Counted from the whole stretch's first letter, positions 11,015 through 22,805 are shown. The stretch is DNA of 60,907 nucleotides, filler included, from Barthelona sp. PAP020 (GCA_040182905.1; 7 parts of 7 records of this genome joined end to end with filler, not necessarily neighbours in it), one strand, 5' to 3'. A program made the numbers and translations. The notes: generated from the sequence alone by a model not told the origin.

Positions 11015-13510
11015 TCAATATTCAAAAACCTGACCTTGAGGCGAATCTACAGTATTTTGTTTGGTTTTTGACATTTCATCTGTAAACATATCCAAAGCAA
11101 TTCTATGAATAGCAGAAGACAATAAATATGATTCTCTTTTATTGTGTTTATTGTTTCTATCCATTTCTTGTCGCAAATCATCATTTTCTTGTTGTAGATT
11201 AGCAACATGCTGCTTCAATTGGTCAATTCCAACGTCATGAACATTAACTTTATAATTGTTTAAATCTGATTCATATTGTTCGAAAGACTGCTTTAAATTT
11301 GAATATTTCTCCTTTAGATTGTTATATTTTGTTAATATTGTGATACCACGTTGCTTGTAATTGGAAAGTTTTTCATTTAATTGTTTATTTGAAATTTGAA
11401 TAATTCGATAATTTTCAGTCAATTCATCAAAATCTGCTTGCTTTAAAGAGGTTTGTTTTGTTTGATTTTCAATTTCATTCTTTAGTTTTTGAATTTGCTC
11501 AAAATACAATTTGGCATTTTGTTCATTTGCAAGAATTGAATCATTTTCTTTGGTTTCAAGCGATTTTATTTCATTTGCTAATTCTTCATTGCGAATAATC
11601 AAAGAAGTTAGTTCGGTTTCAAATTCTTCATTTTGTTTTTTCAGATTAAAATTTTCTTGAGACAATTTTTCCATTCTTTCATTTGAATCCTTTTGATCCA
11701 CATTACTTTCATCATTTTTCTTAGTTAATCTGTCAATTTGTGCTAATAATCCTTCTTTTTCTTCTTTCAGTAAGATATTCGATTGATTCTTGTTTTCATA
11801 TTGTAATTTCACCATTTTCAACTCCTTTTTAATGGTTTCTAACTCATTTGATAATTCATTCTGTTTCTTCAACATCTCATCTTTAATAATCCGTAAATTA
11901 TCTTTTTCTTTTGAAATATCTTCATGGACTTCTCTTGAAACATAATCATCATCTATTTTTTCAATAATATCAGCTTGTCTTTGAATGATTCCTTGTAATT
12001 CTTCTTCTTTTTGTCTTAAACAAGTGTTATATTGATCTTTAATTCCTTTAATGATTTTGTCGTTGTCTACCATCGTGTTGTTCAATTCATCGATAAATTC
12101 GTTCAAACGAAGAATTTCCTGCTCTTTATTTTGTAAAATTTCTTCAGAATTTTGATAATTCATAATCGTTCGATTTTCCTTTTCTAGCTCTTCAACTTTT
12201 GTCTTCATAAATTTGAAATTTTTCTCCAAACTTTCATTTGATAACTCTATTTTTTCATTCTTTTTCATCAATTCATTGATTCTTTCGTTTAATTTTTCAA
12301 TCAATTCATCCTTGACACCAACTGAATTCTCTTTGGATTTAAAACGTGTTCTTAGAAGTTTATACTCAGTTTTCAACTCGACAAACTCCTTTTTCATGCT
12401 CGATTCTTCACTTTCATATTGGTTCAATTTTTGACTCAGTTCAAGTTTCTCTTTTTCCAAATTCAGTCTCAAATTCTCATGCAATTGAATGGTATCATAA
12501 AGATTTACAATCTTTTCATCCTGCTTGCTAATAATATTTCCACGATCAAAAAATTCAGAATTTAACAATTCTAGTCTCTTATTCAACAGTTCATTTTCAT
12601 CAAGGGCCTTTGATAATTGAGCTTCCTTCTCAACCACCAGATTATGATTCAAATCAGACTGATGTCGAGTCTCTTCCAATTCTTTATACATATCAGCTTC
12701 ATAATTTGTTTTATTCATCACATTGTTGTTACTTTCTAATGATAAAAAAGCTTCTGTTAAATTGATCTGCAGTTTTTCATTCTCTAATTCTAGAGCGGAT
12801 AAACGTTGTCGTAAATCATATTTTTCTTTTTGAAAAGCCTCAATCTCAACATCCTTTAAAGCTATTTCATTTCGAGCTTTCCATAACTCTTTGTTTTGCT
12901 CATCTATGTTTAGGCTATCGTTAGGATTTGGTGAATCCAAAAGTTCATTCTTTTTCTTGGAAACAGAAACAGGGGAATACGGATCAGGGGAATTAATCTC
13001 GCCCATGATAGGACTCTTGATCATCATATTATCGTCAGTCATAATTAATCCAGTCTGTGTTAATTGAACAGGAAACTTTGTTGAAAATTGTTGAATAATT
13101 TCACATAGGGTTTGTTTATCCTCCAAAGATAAATCTTCTAAACTGTTAATTAATTCATTATTGAATTGAGAATTGATCCCAATGTAAGTTAATAACGATA
13201 ACAGATTAATCAATGCAATTTTGTTCTTTTTTCTACACATCAAAGTAACATCAATATTAGACACATCTAATTGATTGTATCGTTTGGTTAATCCTTCTAA
13301 AATATCATTAAAATATCTAATATCAAATGAAATTCCATTGAATGGTGATTGGGGTGTTTTAAATGGATTATCATCTGCAGGAAAACATTGTTCTAAGTAT
13401 CTAAAATAAATTAAAGGTTTAAACAATTCTTTCTTTTCTTTTAAACCAAGATTCAATCGACGAAATAAGTGATAAAATGCATCAAACTCTTTGTTTTCAT
13501 CAAAATCCAT
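11015..13510 (-). CDS. Hook-family dynein/microtubule cargo adaptor
   Basis: N-terminal Hook-like domain (LINLLSLLTYIGINSQFNNELINSLEDLSLEDKQTLCEIIQQ), long coiled coil, C-terminal KRESYLLSSAIHRIA resembling the Hook C-terminal motif; ATG at 13510. Confidence 0.7.
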   Translation of the reverse strand: MDFDENKEFDAFYHLFRRLNLGLKEKKELFKPLIYFRYLEQCFPADDNPFKTPQSPFNGISFDIRYFNDILEGLTKRYNQLDVSNIDVTLMCRKKNKIALINLLSLLTYIGINSQFNNELINSLEDLSLEDKQTLCEIIQQFSTKFPVQLTQTGLIMTDDNMMIKSPIMGEINSPDPYSPVSVSKKKNELLDSPNPNDSLNIDEQNKELWKARNEIALKDVEIEAFQKEKYDLRQRLSALELENEKLQINLTEAFLSLESNNNVMNKTNYEADMYKELEETRHQSDLNHNLVVEKEAQLSKALDENELLNKRLELLNSEFFDRGNIISKQDEKIVNLYDTIQLHENLRLNLEKEKLELSQKLNQYESEESSMKKEFVELKTEYKLLRTRFKSKENSVGVKDELIEKLNERINELMKKNEKIELSNESLEKNFKFMKTKVEELEKENRTIMNYQNSEEILQNKEQEILRLNEFIDELNNTMVDNDKIIKGIKDQYNTCLRQKEEELQGIIQRQADIIEKIDDDYVSREVHEDISKEKDNLRIIKDEMLKKQNELSNELETIKKELKMVKLQYENKNQSNILLKEEKEGLLAQIDRLTKKNDESNVDQKDSNERMEKLSQENFNLKKQNEEFETELTSLIIRNEELANEIKSLETKENDSILANEQNAKLYFEQIQKLKNEIENQTKQTSLKQADFDELTENYRIIQISNKQLNEKLSNYKQRGITILTKYNNLKEKYSNLKQSFEQYESDLNNYKVNVHDVGIDQLKQHVANLQQENDDLRQEMDRNNKHNKRESYLLSSAIHRIALDMFTDEMSKTKQNTVDSPQGQVFEY

Positions 13511-13777
13511 CAAATATTAATAAGTATTTCAAAAAAAATCTACAAAAAAAAATTCTACAGTTTGACTTTTATCTTGAGAATGGCAACTTTAACTGTAAAA
13601 TTTTAAAAATTTTGTAAAAAGACTTCCGAAAAAAAGAATTTATACATTTTTTTCATTCAAATTACAGATAAAAATACCTAAACAACAAGATTACATTTAT
13701 GAGATTAATTCTAATGGCACATCATTTTTAAATGTTATTTACAGCACAAGACAAAACTGTTTTGCACAATAAAAAAA

Positions 13778-14359
13778 TCAATTAAAAGTGTATATTCTTT
13801 TTCGAATTTCTGTTCTGGCAACATCACCTCCATAATCAACAAATGTTCTTAATGTCAAATTGCATGCATCTTTCAATTTCATATTTTTTGATTGCAAAAT
13901 TCTTGACATTGGACTGATCAATAAATGAATATACTCATTAAATTCTTCTCCAACAGTTTGAACTAATGCAATTATACACTCAAAAAGACGAATCAACTGA
14001 TCAGGATCTTTTTTTGTTAACACAATGCGAAAATTTCGTACAATTTCTGGTAAGAGCGAAACTAATTCTTGAAAACTTTCTGTATTACTGACAAGACCAA
14101 TAAATCCTTCATGAGCATATTGACAATAGGGCATCTCAACTTCTTGTAAACCTTCAACCATCAACATCAAATGAGGTTGCAAAGGAAGATTTATTGGTGG
14201 TATTGTCCATTCTAACACTCTTTTATTCGCTTGATGAAACAATCTACAAGGAATCGAATTCGAACAATACTGACGAAATGGAGTCTTTGTTCCAGAATTC
14301 AAAACATCTGCTCCTTTAATTCGATCAATCCTTTGTCGAGTAAAACGTTTTTCCGGCAT
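13778..14359 (-). CDS. PACRGL: PACRG-like protein (ParcG domain)
   Basis: IPCRLFH...LEW..PP.NL...LxxxxEGLQEVEMPY...EGFxxL and GGDVARTEIRKRIYTF match PACRG-like proteins. Confidence 0.85.
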   Translation of the reverse strand: MPEKRFTRQRIDRIKGADVLNSGTKTPFRQYCSNSIPCRLFHQANKRVLEWTIPPINLPLQPHLMLMVEGLQEVEMPYCQYAHEGFIGLVSNTESFQELVSLLPEIVRNFRIVLTKKDPDQLIRLFECIIALVQTVGEEFNEYIHLLISPMSRILQSKNMKLKDACNLTLRTFVDYGGDVARTEIRKRIYTFN

Positions 14360-14516
14360 ATCAAAATAGAAAGAAAAGGTTTAGAAAAAGGTAGATTTTC
14401 TTTCAATCAAGATTGGTCAGAATATATAGACTTCAAATAAATTTTGACCTTGAATAAAAGAAACAATAAATAAATATAAAATTTTACAAAAAAACATTCT
14501 AAAAGTGACAATTTTT

Positions 14517-16802
14517 CTATTGCATGGAATTCAACAATTCTTCACAAACAATCAAATGTAAAATATTGCTAACAATATGCATTTCTTCAGGTTTATAAAT
14601 AGTGAAGTCAATAGATTCAAAAGAATTTACTCCTTTAGCCCTTAATTCCTCGTATAATTCAATCATTCTATTCAAACCAACTTCTTTTTCTAAGACATTA
14701 CGCAAACGTTCAATTCTCAATGTTAAACGAAATTCTTTCTTTTTATTTTGCTCATCAAGACTGTCACTTAATTGTTTTTTATGGGGCATTTGAGGAGACT
14801 TCAAATATTCTGACATCATTGTTGCAACGGCATTAAAATCATCATCTTCTTCCTCTTCTTCTTCTTCTTCATCATCTACATTATCTTGGTCTTCTTCATT
14901 TCCATCAATATAATCCACATCAATGTCAGAGAATTCATTTTCGTAAGCTTGATCATCTTTATCAAAATACGCATCGATTATTTCCTCACGAGTCATGTAT
15001 TCTTTCTCAAAATCATAATCAATAAAATTGTCATATACCTTACTGTTATCTTGTTCATTTAAGAGTCTCTCAATATCTTCTTTTGATTGGGTTGCCATGT
15101 GAATAGGTTCACAACCAGGGGCAACTATTGTTACGTCAGGAAAGCTTTGGGGATTAATATCCAGTTCTCTTTCTGGAGATTTTTCTTTTGGCACAGCAAC
15201 CAAGATCTCCACTTCGGAATTTAGCATCTCATTTCCAGAGTTTGTCTGTTTTCTCCCTTGTTTCATTGCTTCTCTCAAACCTTTTCTGTGATTTTTCAAA
15301 TTTTCCTTTCGAATTCTGTCAGCTTCTTCTTTTTTAAGCTTTTCCATTTCACTTTCTTGATTAATAAGTGCTTCCTTTTCCTTTTTCAATCGTTCAATCA
15401 TTTCTTGATCATTTCCTGTGGAAGAACTTGCAGTGATAACATTGGAATTATTTCTAACATTCTTGGTGGGTAGTGCAGACCTTCCCTTGATGTTTTGCAA
15501 ACGTTTTTTGTATTCCCTTTCATGTAGCTTTAAATCTGTAAAAGATTTCGATTTTTTATTGCGTTCTCCTGCTTTTAATATCTTATGAGAGGGTTCCTTC
15601 ACCGCTTGACTTTTTATTTGTCTACTATCTATTTTTGATTTAATCACTTTCTTTTTAGCACCAATTTTTCGACCCGCCTTGTCAGAAGAATCAATGATTT
15701 CCATACCAGCAAATTGATCAAACGAAAACCCACTGTTTGTTCGTTCAATAGGCGAAAAATTTTCTTGCTCAATATTCTCAATATTTCTAAGATCAGAACT
15801 AGGTCGAGAACCAGAATCTGCATCTGATTTTCTGTTGTTTTGATCCAACCCTTGCAATAAATTTTCTAATTCTTTCATTTGGCTGTCTTTTTGTGAAATC
15901 CACGTGGTAAGACCAACTTCATCCATATTTTTTTTCTTGATACTTTTTCGCTGCGGCACACCAATTTTATGTACATAATTATCCTTCATAGAATGCTTTT
16001 GAACAAACTTTTCATGGTGCATTCGAACAAAGGGTAAATTAATTAATTCAGAAACAGATGGCCTATCTTCAGCCTCAAGTTGAAGCATCAATTCAATCAA
16101 TTCAACCAAATCTCCACTGTAAACGCTAGGAATTGGCTCATAAGCTAGTTTAAGTATCTTTAGAATAATAGATGGTAAAGATTTGCCATCAAAAGCATAA
16201 TGCAATGAGCATAGCTCATAAAGTAGGCATCCCAAACCCCAAACATCAGATTTATCATTGTAAGGCACACCTTGGACAATCTCTGGACTTATATAATAAG
16301 GAGTCCCCACAGAAGTTTGAGCAAATCGATCATTACCTAAAACTTTAGCTATACCAAAATCACAAAGTTGTACAACACCATGTGAATTCATAACCACATT
16401 AGAAGTCTTCAAATCACGATGTAATATATTATGTGAATGCACATAATGAACCGCAGATAAAATCTGAACAAACCATTCCATTATTTCATCCTCTTCAAAG
16501 TGTTTATCTTGAATTCTTGCTTGTTTTATTTTTTTAGATAAATCTCCATGATCAGCATAATCAGTTACTATACATAAAAAACCATCGTCTATAAAATCAT
16601 CATGATATCCAACAATATTTGGATGTTTCAAAACTTTCAACAATTTAACCTCATTTTTAGCCTCACTTAATTCATCTTCTGTCAATCCACTCAAATCAAT
16701 TCGCTTCATTGTCAAAAACTTATCATCTATTTTTCTACGAACCAACATAACCGCTCCAAACGCTCCTTGTCCAATTCGTTTAATATCTTCATAATTATTC
16801 AT
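14517..16802 (-). CDS. NIMA-related Ser/Thr kinase, NEK1-like
   Basis: IGQGAFG, HRDLKTSN, DFG, GTPYYISPE; coiled coil; C-terminal RIERLRNVLEKEVG...ILHLIVCE as in NEK1-type tails; ATG at 16802. Confidence 0.92.
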   Translation of the reverse strand: MNNYEDIKRIGQGAFGAVMLVRRKIDDKFLTMKRIDLSGLTEDELSEAKNEVKLLKVLKHPNIVGYHDDFIDDGFLCIVTDYADHGDLSKKIKQARIQDKHFEEDEIMEWFVQILSAVHYVHSHNILHRDLKTSNVVMNSHGVVQLCDFGIAKVLGNDRFAQTSVGTPYYISPEIVQGVPYNDKSDVWGLGCLLYELCSLHYAFDGKSLPSIILKILKLAYEPIPSVYSGDLVELIELMLQLEAEDRPSVSELINLPFVRMHHEKFVQKHSMKDNYVHKIGVPQRKSIKKKNMDEVGLTTWISQKDSQMKELENLLQGLDQNNRKSDADSGSRPSSDLRNIENIEQENFSPIERTNSGFSFDQFAGMEIIDSSDKAGRKIGAKKKVIKSKIDSRQIKSQAVKEPSHKILKAGERNKKSKSFTDLKLHEREYKKRLQNIKGRSALPTKNVRNNSNVITASSSTGNDQEMIERLKKEKEALINQESEMEKLKKEEADRIRKENLKNHRKGLREAMKQGRKQTNSGNEMLNSEVEILVAVPKEKSPERELDINPQSFPDVTIVAPGCEPIHMATQSKEDIERLLNEQDNSKVYDNFIDYDFEKEYMTREEIIDAYFDKDDQAYENEFSDIDVDYIDGNEEDQDNVDDEEEEEEEEDDDFNAVATMMSEYLKSPQMPHKKQLSDSLDEQNKKKEFRLTLRIERLRNVLEKEVGLNRMIELYEELRAKGVNSFESIDFTIYKPEEMHIVSNILHLIVCEELLNSMQ

Positions 16803-17458
16803 CAATGTTGGAGGTAAATTTTTGAATAAAAAAAATTGTGATCCCAATTTGTTTTTCTTTTTTCTTCCTTTCTAATATGGTTGAATTTATTATTCAAAAT
16901 AGTTTAAAATGAAATTTTATCTATTCTTAGTTGTTTTAAATTTTAGAATTTGGTGTTTTTCCCTTCAGAGAAAAAAAAACAAAGAATTTGCAAATATATT
17001 GTGTTCTTAAATAAATAATTATCCAAAAAAAAAGAAATGTATGAATATATATCTGAAAAATGGTTTCAAGCAAAAGAAGGTTAAAAAATCCATTTTATTT
17101 TTTTCCAAAAGAACGAAAATTGCTTCAAGAGTGTTCCACAATGAATCATTCCTATTCTATTTATTTGTTAATACTTTGGACTTCTCATCAACATTAACAA
17201 AAATGAATCAGTTTGTTTGTTTCAAACTTATTTCGAACCATCAAACAAATCAGCGATTTGTTATTTTAAATAAAAGAACAATGCATTTTACAATCTCTTC
17301 CCCAAACTGGAAAAATGTTTGTTGCAATTTAAAAAACAAAAAACCTCAAAATTTACACAAGTCTTTTTTACTTGATGAAAAAAATAAACTAAAGATGACA
17401 AACTATTCTAGGGTTGGCATCTATCGGGAGTCCTGCAATAAAGACATACATCACGAAT

Positions 17459-17558
17459 NNNNNNNNNNNNNNNNNNNNNNNNNNNNNNNNNNNNNNNNNN
17501 NNTTAATTAATTAANNNNNNNNNNNNNNNNNNNNNNNNNNNNNNNNNNNNNNNNNNNN
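17459..17558. other. Artificial contig linker
   Basis: N-run + TTAATTAATTAA + N-run. Confidence 0.99.
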
Positions 17559-17740
17559 AAAAAAATTTAACAACGGAAAAACCTTTTTTTTAAAAAAAAA
17601 AAAAAATTTTTAAAAAAAAAAAAAAATTATAAAAAAAAAAAAAAAAGACAACCAAAATAACAAATTATTAGTTGAAACCCAACAAAAATAAAACAGAATA
17701 TCTGATTAAAAGATGTAAAATATTAATATAGAACATACAG

Positions 17741-19270
17741 TTAGATAACTTTAATTAACCTTTTCTTCTTCTTCTTTCTCTTCATTACAGTGCTTGTTGC
17801 AACACTGGGAGAATTGCAAAACATTTTTGGTGGGGAATACATCTCATCAGGACTTATAGCTTTCAGATCTTTTGAATTTGATACTGTTTCTAAAACTACA
17901 TGTGATGAATTTTCAACAGGTGTAGATGGTAATAGAACATGCTCAGGTACCAATAAAATTTTGTTTTGTGTAATGCTATGATTATTATTTTTGAATTTTT
18001 GAGAAATTTCAACATTATTGTCTGTTTTATTTGAAGAATCATCATTTTGACAAAAAATATTTGTATTCTCAATTTTAGGTTGAATTTTGGAGTCAATTTG
18101 AATGTTTCCCAATAAATTCACATTTTCCAACATCATAAATGGTTCACCTAACAATTCCAAATTGTCTTTTACAATCATTTTATCATCATCATCATTTAAT
18201 ATGTTAGATCTATCGTTTTTTTGTGCTTTAACATTCTCTTCCCTTGTCATTTCTCGATTTTTTTTCCATGCATTTTCATGCCATTCTTCTTTAAAAAAAT
18301 CCTCAATTTCAATATCTAAAATATTCGCATTTATTTCAACAGCATCAACATTCAATATTTCAGTTTTTGACGATTTATCATTTGTTATTTGTGATTTAGA
18401 AATGTTTAAATTGTGACTGTTTTGTTTTTCATCAAGTATATCGTTAGTGTTTGGCTTTTTTAGCAAAAATTCATGAGGTAAACTGGAAAATTTATCGAAG
18501 TATTGATTTAAGAAGGTATTTTCACCTTTGAAACTAAAATTAGGCTTGAAAAAATCAAGAGAATGAGGTGCGTCCACAGAAAAATATCTATAAGATTTTT
18601 CTAATAATTCTAAGTCCTTTAGCATCAACTCAAATTCGTTCTTTTTTTTTATTGGCAATGGTTTTCTGCTTCGATGTTTATCAATTTGTTTTTTTCTTTC
18701 ACTTAATTTCAATGCTATTTCTTGTTGGTGTTTTCTTTCTTTTTTAAGCTGCTCTTGTCTTTCGGTCATTTTTTGAATTTTTTCGTTGCGTAAAACTTCT
18801 TCCTTAAGCTTTAACTTCCTTGCTTCAATTTCTTTTTTAATTGTTTCACGTTCAATTTTATTTTTCTTCAGAAGATTTTGTGTTTGCTGAAGACTCCTTT
18901 TATTTTTGGAAATTTTTTCGGAAATCTTTTTTGAATCGTCCCTTTCCGACATTTTTTTGACAGTCAATGGGGTGGCTAATTCATTTAACCGTTGCTTTAA
19001 TCGCAATTTTTCAGGTTTTGTTAAATTCTTTTTTGTTTTTGGATTTTTACATTCTTTATAGATATTTAGAGGATTCCAAGGGCCATTAACTGTACCAACA
19101 ATGATGGGTTTGCATTTTTTTGAAATATTTTTTTTTACACACTTTGGCAATGCCAACTCGCACATTTTTTTTCTGTCATACTCACAGTTTTTAAGAAACT
19201 CTTGATTCTGTTGGTTTTTGTTTTTTTCTTCGAATTGTTTCATTTTGATTTTTGGATGATCATAATTCAT
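17741..19270 (-). CDS. Hypothetical Lys-rich coiled-coil protein
   Basis: ~509-codon ORF; RLNELATP and MCELALPK loosely resemble short microtubule-binding motifs of ciliary proteins; first ATG at 19270. Confidence 0.7.
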   Translation of the reverse strand: MNYDHPKIKMKQFEEKNKNQQNQEFLKNCEYDRKKMCELALPKCVKKNISKKCKPIIVGTVNGPWNPLNIYKECKNPKTKKNLTKPEKLRLKQRLNELATPLTVKKMSERDDSKKISEKISKNKRSLQQTQNLLKKNKIERETIKKEIEARKLKLKEEVLRNEKIQKMTERQEQLKKERKHQQEIALKLSERKKQIDKHRSRKPLPIKKKNEFELMLKDLELLEKSYRYFSVDAPHSLDFFKPNFSFKGENTFLNQYFDKFSSLPHEFLLKKPNTNDILDEKQNSHNLNISKSQITNDKSSKTEILNVDAVEINANILDIEIEDFFKEEWHENAWKKNREMTREENVKAQKNDRSNILNDDDDKMIVKDNLELLGEPFMMLENVNLLGNIQIDSKIQPKIENTNIFCQNDDSSNKTDNNVEISQKFKNNNHSITQNKILLVPEHVLLPSTPVENSSHVVLETVSNSKDLKAISPDEMYSPPKMFCNSPSVATSTVMKRKKKKKRLIKVI

Positions 19271-19966
19271 ATATAACAAATAATATAATAATTAATTTGT
19301 TGATGTGAGAAAAAACAAAAATTATCGAAGACAATCTTTTGTTTCTTACCCTCTTTTCATAACAAGTTTTTGGCGTTAAAGACATATTTTTATTTCAATT
19401 GAAGTGTTTAGTAGCCAAAAATTAAAAATGACAATGATTTTTGATTTCAATTGTAGTTCTTTTTAGAATATTTTTGAAAAGATTTGTTTTGATAAAATAA
19501 TTATGAAATTTATATAAAATATATTATTTCATATTATTCTTTCATTGAATTAAAGAATTGAAGAACAATTAGAAAAATTTTTAGGATTTGCAACAACTTA
19601 ACTAAATATGTTTCAGTTAAAGTCTTTATGTTCAATTGGCATATTTTTTTTTCAACTGAAAAGAAAAAACTAACTCTGCAGCAATTTTGTTATTTTTTTG
19701 AAATGAAAATTTTTTGAAATTTATTTTTAAATCTTGTTTCTTTTGGAATTTTGTTGCATTCCTTTTCAACAATGAACCAATTGTCAAATTTTCTTTCGAC
19801 TTGTGTAAAAATCTAAACACTCCTGGTTTAAAACCAGTTTTTCTATTATTGGAGAGTTTGAATTAGTGTAAGAATACTTTCGAGCATTATTTATTCCTTT
19901 AAAAAGAGAATTGTTGAAAAATAAACATATTCGCAAAGTTTTTTTTTTCTTTTTTTTGGTTGGTTT

Positions 19967-21844
19967 ATGTACATTGTTATTACAACTCCTGACAATTATA
20001 ATCAAAATGTATGCAATGCACTCCATCAATTTATATCCCAAATAGATGCAGGACTATTTGAATGTGTTTCAAGAACTTTATCTATGCCGGATTTAGTCGC
20101 ATTGGTATATACCACCGATGCTTTATTGCAACAATCAAATGATGTTGTGTATGGTGTGATTAAAAAGAAACAGAAGAATGATATGGATGGTTCTGAAGAA
20201 AGATATGTTGATGAGTTGTTATTAACAAGTTATTATGGACCAAATGATAGTGAATTTCCATTTTTTATGAATATTTTATATTTAGGAATTTTTGCACCTT
20301 TGATGTGTGATGGATCATATTTACATCATCAAATGAATGGTTTTAATGTTTTGGCTCATAAAAGTGAATGGAGACCTCATCATCTGTTTATTCAACCTAT
20401 GTTTTCTTTAAAACGTCAAAGATTTCCAGAAATGAGATTTCCTATTGATTCTCCAACTTTTGGGATATGGTTGTCTGTTTTATTGAAAGAATTTGTTTGT
20501 GGTTCTTCTGCAGAAAAAATAAATTCTGTGTCATATTTAACAATTGAAATACCAAATAATGCGTTTGAAAGTCATGCTGAATTAAAAAGGGTTTCACTGG
20601 CTGTGTTTTTTACAAATAATATTGCCACTTTTAAATTGCCAAACAATGGAGATTTTTGTGTGGTTTTTAATGAAGTCAGTTTGGAAGCCTATTCGGAAAA
20701 TGATTATCGAATTACTTTATATAAAGGATTATTAACCAATGGAAAGCATATTTTTGATTGTTATGGAAGATTGTTTGAAGTTAGTCTCATTGATACACCA
20801 GATGTTGATTATAGCAGTGTTGAAGACCTTGAAGTTAATCATCAAATTTTCCCAGACTCGTCTGTTAATCTTTCAGTATTGACATTTAAAAGAATTTTAA
20901 GACACAAACCAATAGCCACCACACATCTCTTCACCAACCATTTACCTAATTATAAGGTAGGTGTTTTTGACAGATTATTTCCTAATTTACTTCCTAGAGC
21001 TGTTCAAACAAAAATCCAAATTGAAAATTTTTGTCCTAATGATATTACGACTATAGCTTTACAAAAAGGTTGGATTATTGATATTGATGTCAATAATGAT
21101 ACGTCTACTGTAATGGAACAGATAATTGTGGCACAAACTGTATTTTGGGGTTCAATTCTACAAAGATTTTTCAGTGAACTATTTACAATAAACATTTATA
21201 ACAATAATAATTTTGATTATAAGCAAATAGAAATTGTAGCACAATTATACGGGTTAATTAAATCGAAAAATCACATATTTATTGTTGGGAAAAATTTTTC
21301 CATATTTCCTGATGCTGAAAATTATTTTCAACCTATTAGTTTAAAAGATATTTATCAAATCTCTTTTACCACGTTTCATTCTATGAATCAATTTTCAAAT
21401 TCGACTGCAAATCAAAATGAATTCCGTTCAACACAATTTTTAAATGTCTTAGATGATGAAAATCAAGGATTTAGTATTATAGAAAATGTTATCAAAGTTT
21501 CTAATGTTTCTAATAACAATTCTAACAATATGATTAATGATGATATGATTAAAGAAGAGGATGAAGAAGAAGATGATGATGAAGAAGAAGAAGAAGACGA
21601 TGATGATGAATTTGACACAATGGATCAAAATCATATGAAGGATAGTGTAGACCATGAAGATATGAGTTCTTTTTCAATTCCAATCTTAAATATTGACAAT
21701 GCACAACAAAACTTAAACAATATTCATGACGGTTCGGAGATAGCTTTGGATATTGACTTGGATTTTAATGTTGAAGAAGAAAGATCCAAAGATTTTGTGT
21801 TAAATATGAATGATGATTTTAAAAGATCTCCCACATTGAGATAA
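19967..21844 (+). CDS. Hypothetical globular protein with acidic tail
   Basis: 625-aa ORF, globular composition, D/E tract near 21553-21610; no firm family assignment. Confidence 0.8.
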   Translation: MYIVITTPDNYNQNVCNALHQFISQIDAGLFECVSRTLSMPDLVALVYTTDALLQQSNDVVYGVIKKKQKNDMDGSEERYVDELLLTSYYGPNDSEFPFFMNILYLGIFAPLMCDGSYLHHQMNGFNVLAHKSEWRPHHLFIQPMFSLKRQRFPEMRFPIDSPTFGIWLSVLLKEFVCGSSAEKINSVSYLTIEIPNNAFESHAELKRVSLAVFFTNNIATFKLPNNGDFCVVFNEVSLEAYSENDYRITLYKGLLTNGKHIFDCYGRLFEVSLIDTPDVDYSSVEDLEVNHQIFPDSSVNLSVLTFKRILRHKPIATTHLFTNHLPNYKVGVFDRLFPNLLPRAVQTKIQIENFCPNDITTIALQKGWIIDIDVNNDTSTVMEQIIVAQTVFWGSILQRFFSELFTINIYNNNNFDYKQIEIVAQLYGLIKSKNHIFIVGKNFSIFPDAENYFQPISLKDIYQISFTTFHSMNQFSNSTANQNEFRSTQFLNVLDDENQGFSIIENVIKVSNVSNNNSNNMINDDMIKEEDEEEDDDEEEEEDDDDEFDTMDQNHMKDSVDHEDMSSFSIPILNIDNAQQNLNNIHDGSEIALDIDLDFNVEEERSKDFVLNMNDDFKRSPTLR

Positions 21845-22004
21845 TTAAATAATAAATAAAGTAGTACGAATGTTTCTTTTTCTTTCTATTTTTTTTCTTT
21901 TTTTTTTTTTTCAAAAATTTATTAAAGAAAAGAAAAATTGAACATATTTATGAATTAAAAGAGTTTATATAAAGTATAATCTTGTTTTAAAGTACAAATT
22001 GTTT

Positions 22005-22664
22005 TCACACTTCCATAAAATTTTCTTTTTTTATTTCATCAACTTCTTCTGTATTTGCTGTATTTGCTGTATTTTCATCTGATCTAACCATTTCATTTGT
22101 TTTATTCACTTCATTTGTTTCAATTGAATCATTATTTGATTCAAAAACAACATTTTTATCATTAATTTCAGTTGAATCATTTTCCAATTCTGCCAAAGTC
22201 TTTGTTTCAACATGTTGGTTATCATCTTCTTCAGAATTTGCAGAATCCAAAGAATCCCTTTCTGAGTTGCTAAATATTTCTTGAGTTTCAAAATGTTCAA
22301 TTTCCATTTCTTCAGGTTCTTTCTTTGAATCAGTAATTTCAACTGTAACATTTGATTCTTGGTCATTAGAAATTTGAATTGGTTCAGTATTCGCCTTTAA
22401 CATCTTTGAAAAATCTGAAGGAGTTTCTTTTGGTTCAATATCAAGTGACTTTAACAGATCAATATTAAACCTTTTAACAAATTGTTTGAGCACTTCTTTT
22501 TCGTTTAATGGTAAATTCATTCGATGCATGTGTATATTGTTTTTTAATTGTTCCATCAAAGGAACATTTGATGTTCGATCTAATTGAATGTCAAAATGGT
22601 CTCTATATTTTCGTAAATAATCTATTGGTAAATTTTCAACTGTTAATGGCTTTGATCTTGACAT
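22005..22664 (-). CDS. SAP30-like protein (Sin3-binding domain) with acidic disordered tail
   Basis: LPIDYLRKYRDHFDI...HRMNLPLNEKEVLKQFV matches the SAP30 Sin3-binding domain pattern LxxxTLRRYKRHF...HFxxxPVNEKDxLxxF; ATG at 22664. Confidence 0.75.
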   Translation of the reverse strand: MSRSKPLTVENLPIDYLRKYRDHFDIQLDRTSNVPLMEQLKNNIHMHRMNLPLNEKEVLKQFVKRFNIDLLKSLDIEPKETPSDFSKMLKANTEPIQISNDQESNVTVEITDSKKEPEEMEIEHFETQEIFSNSERDSLDSANSEEDDNQHVETKTLAELENDSTEINDKNVVFESNNDSIETNEVNKTNEMVRSDENTANTANTEEVDEIKKENFMEV

Positions 22665-22805
22665 TAAAGAAAAAAAAGGAAGGGAATTTCTTATCAAATG
22701 GTTTGATTGTTCTTTTTTCTAATAAACGATGTTCAAACAATGATTAGATATATTTTTCAAATTTTTATGACAAATATTAAACATAAAAGAAAAAACAAAA
22801 AAAAA

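Noticed and set aside
17041..17458. 157-aa plus-strand ORF, and an RRM-like minus-strand peptide MYVFIAGLPIDANPRIVCHL
   Set aside because: The ORF has intergenic composition and runs into Ns; the peptide stops after 20 codons with no credible splice rescue
17559..17646. A/T homopolymer block resembling a poly(A) tail or telomere
   Set aside because: Wrong strand for the adjacent gene's tail, no telomeric unit; low-complexity contig edge
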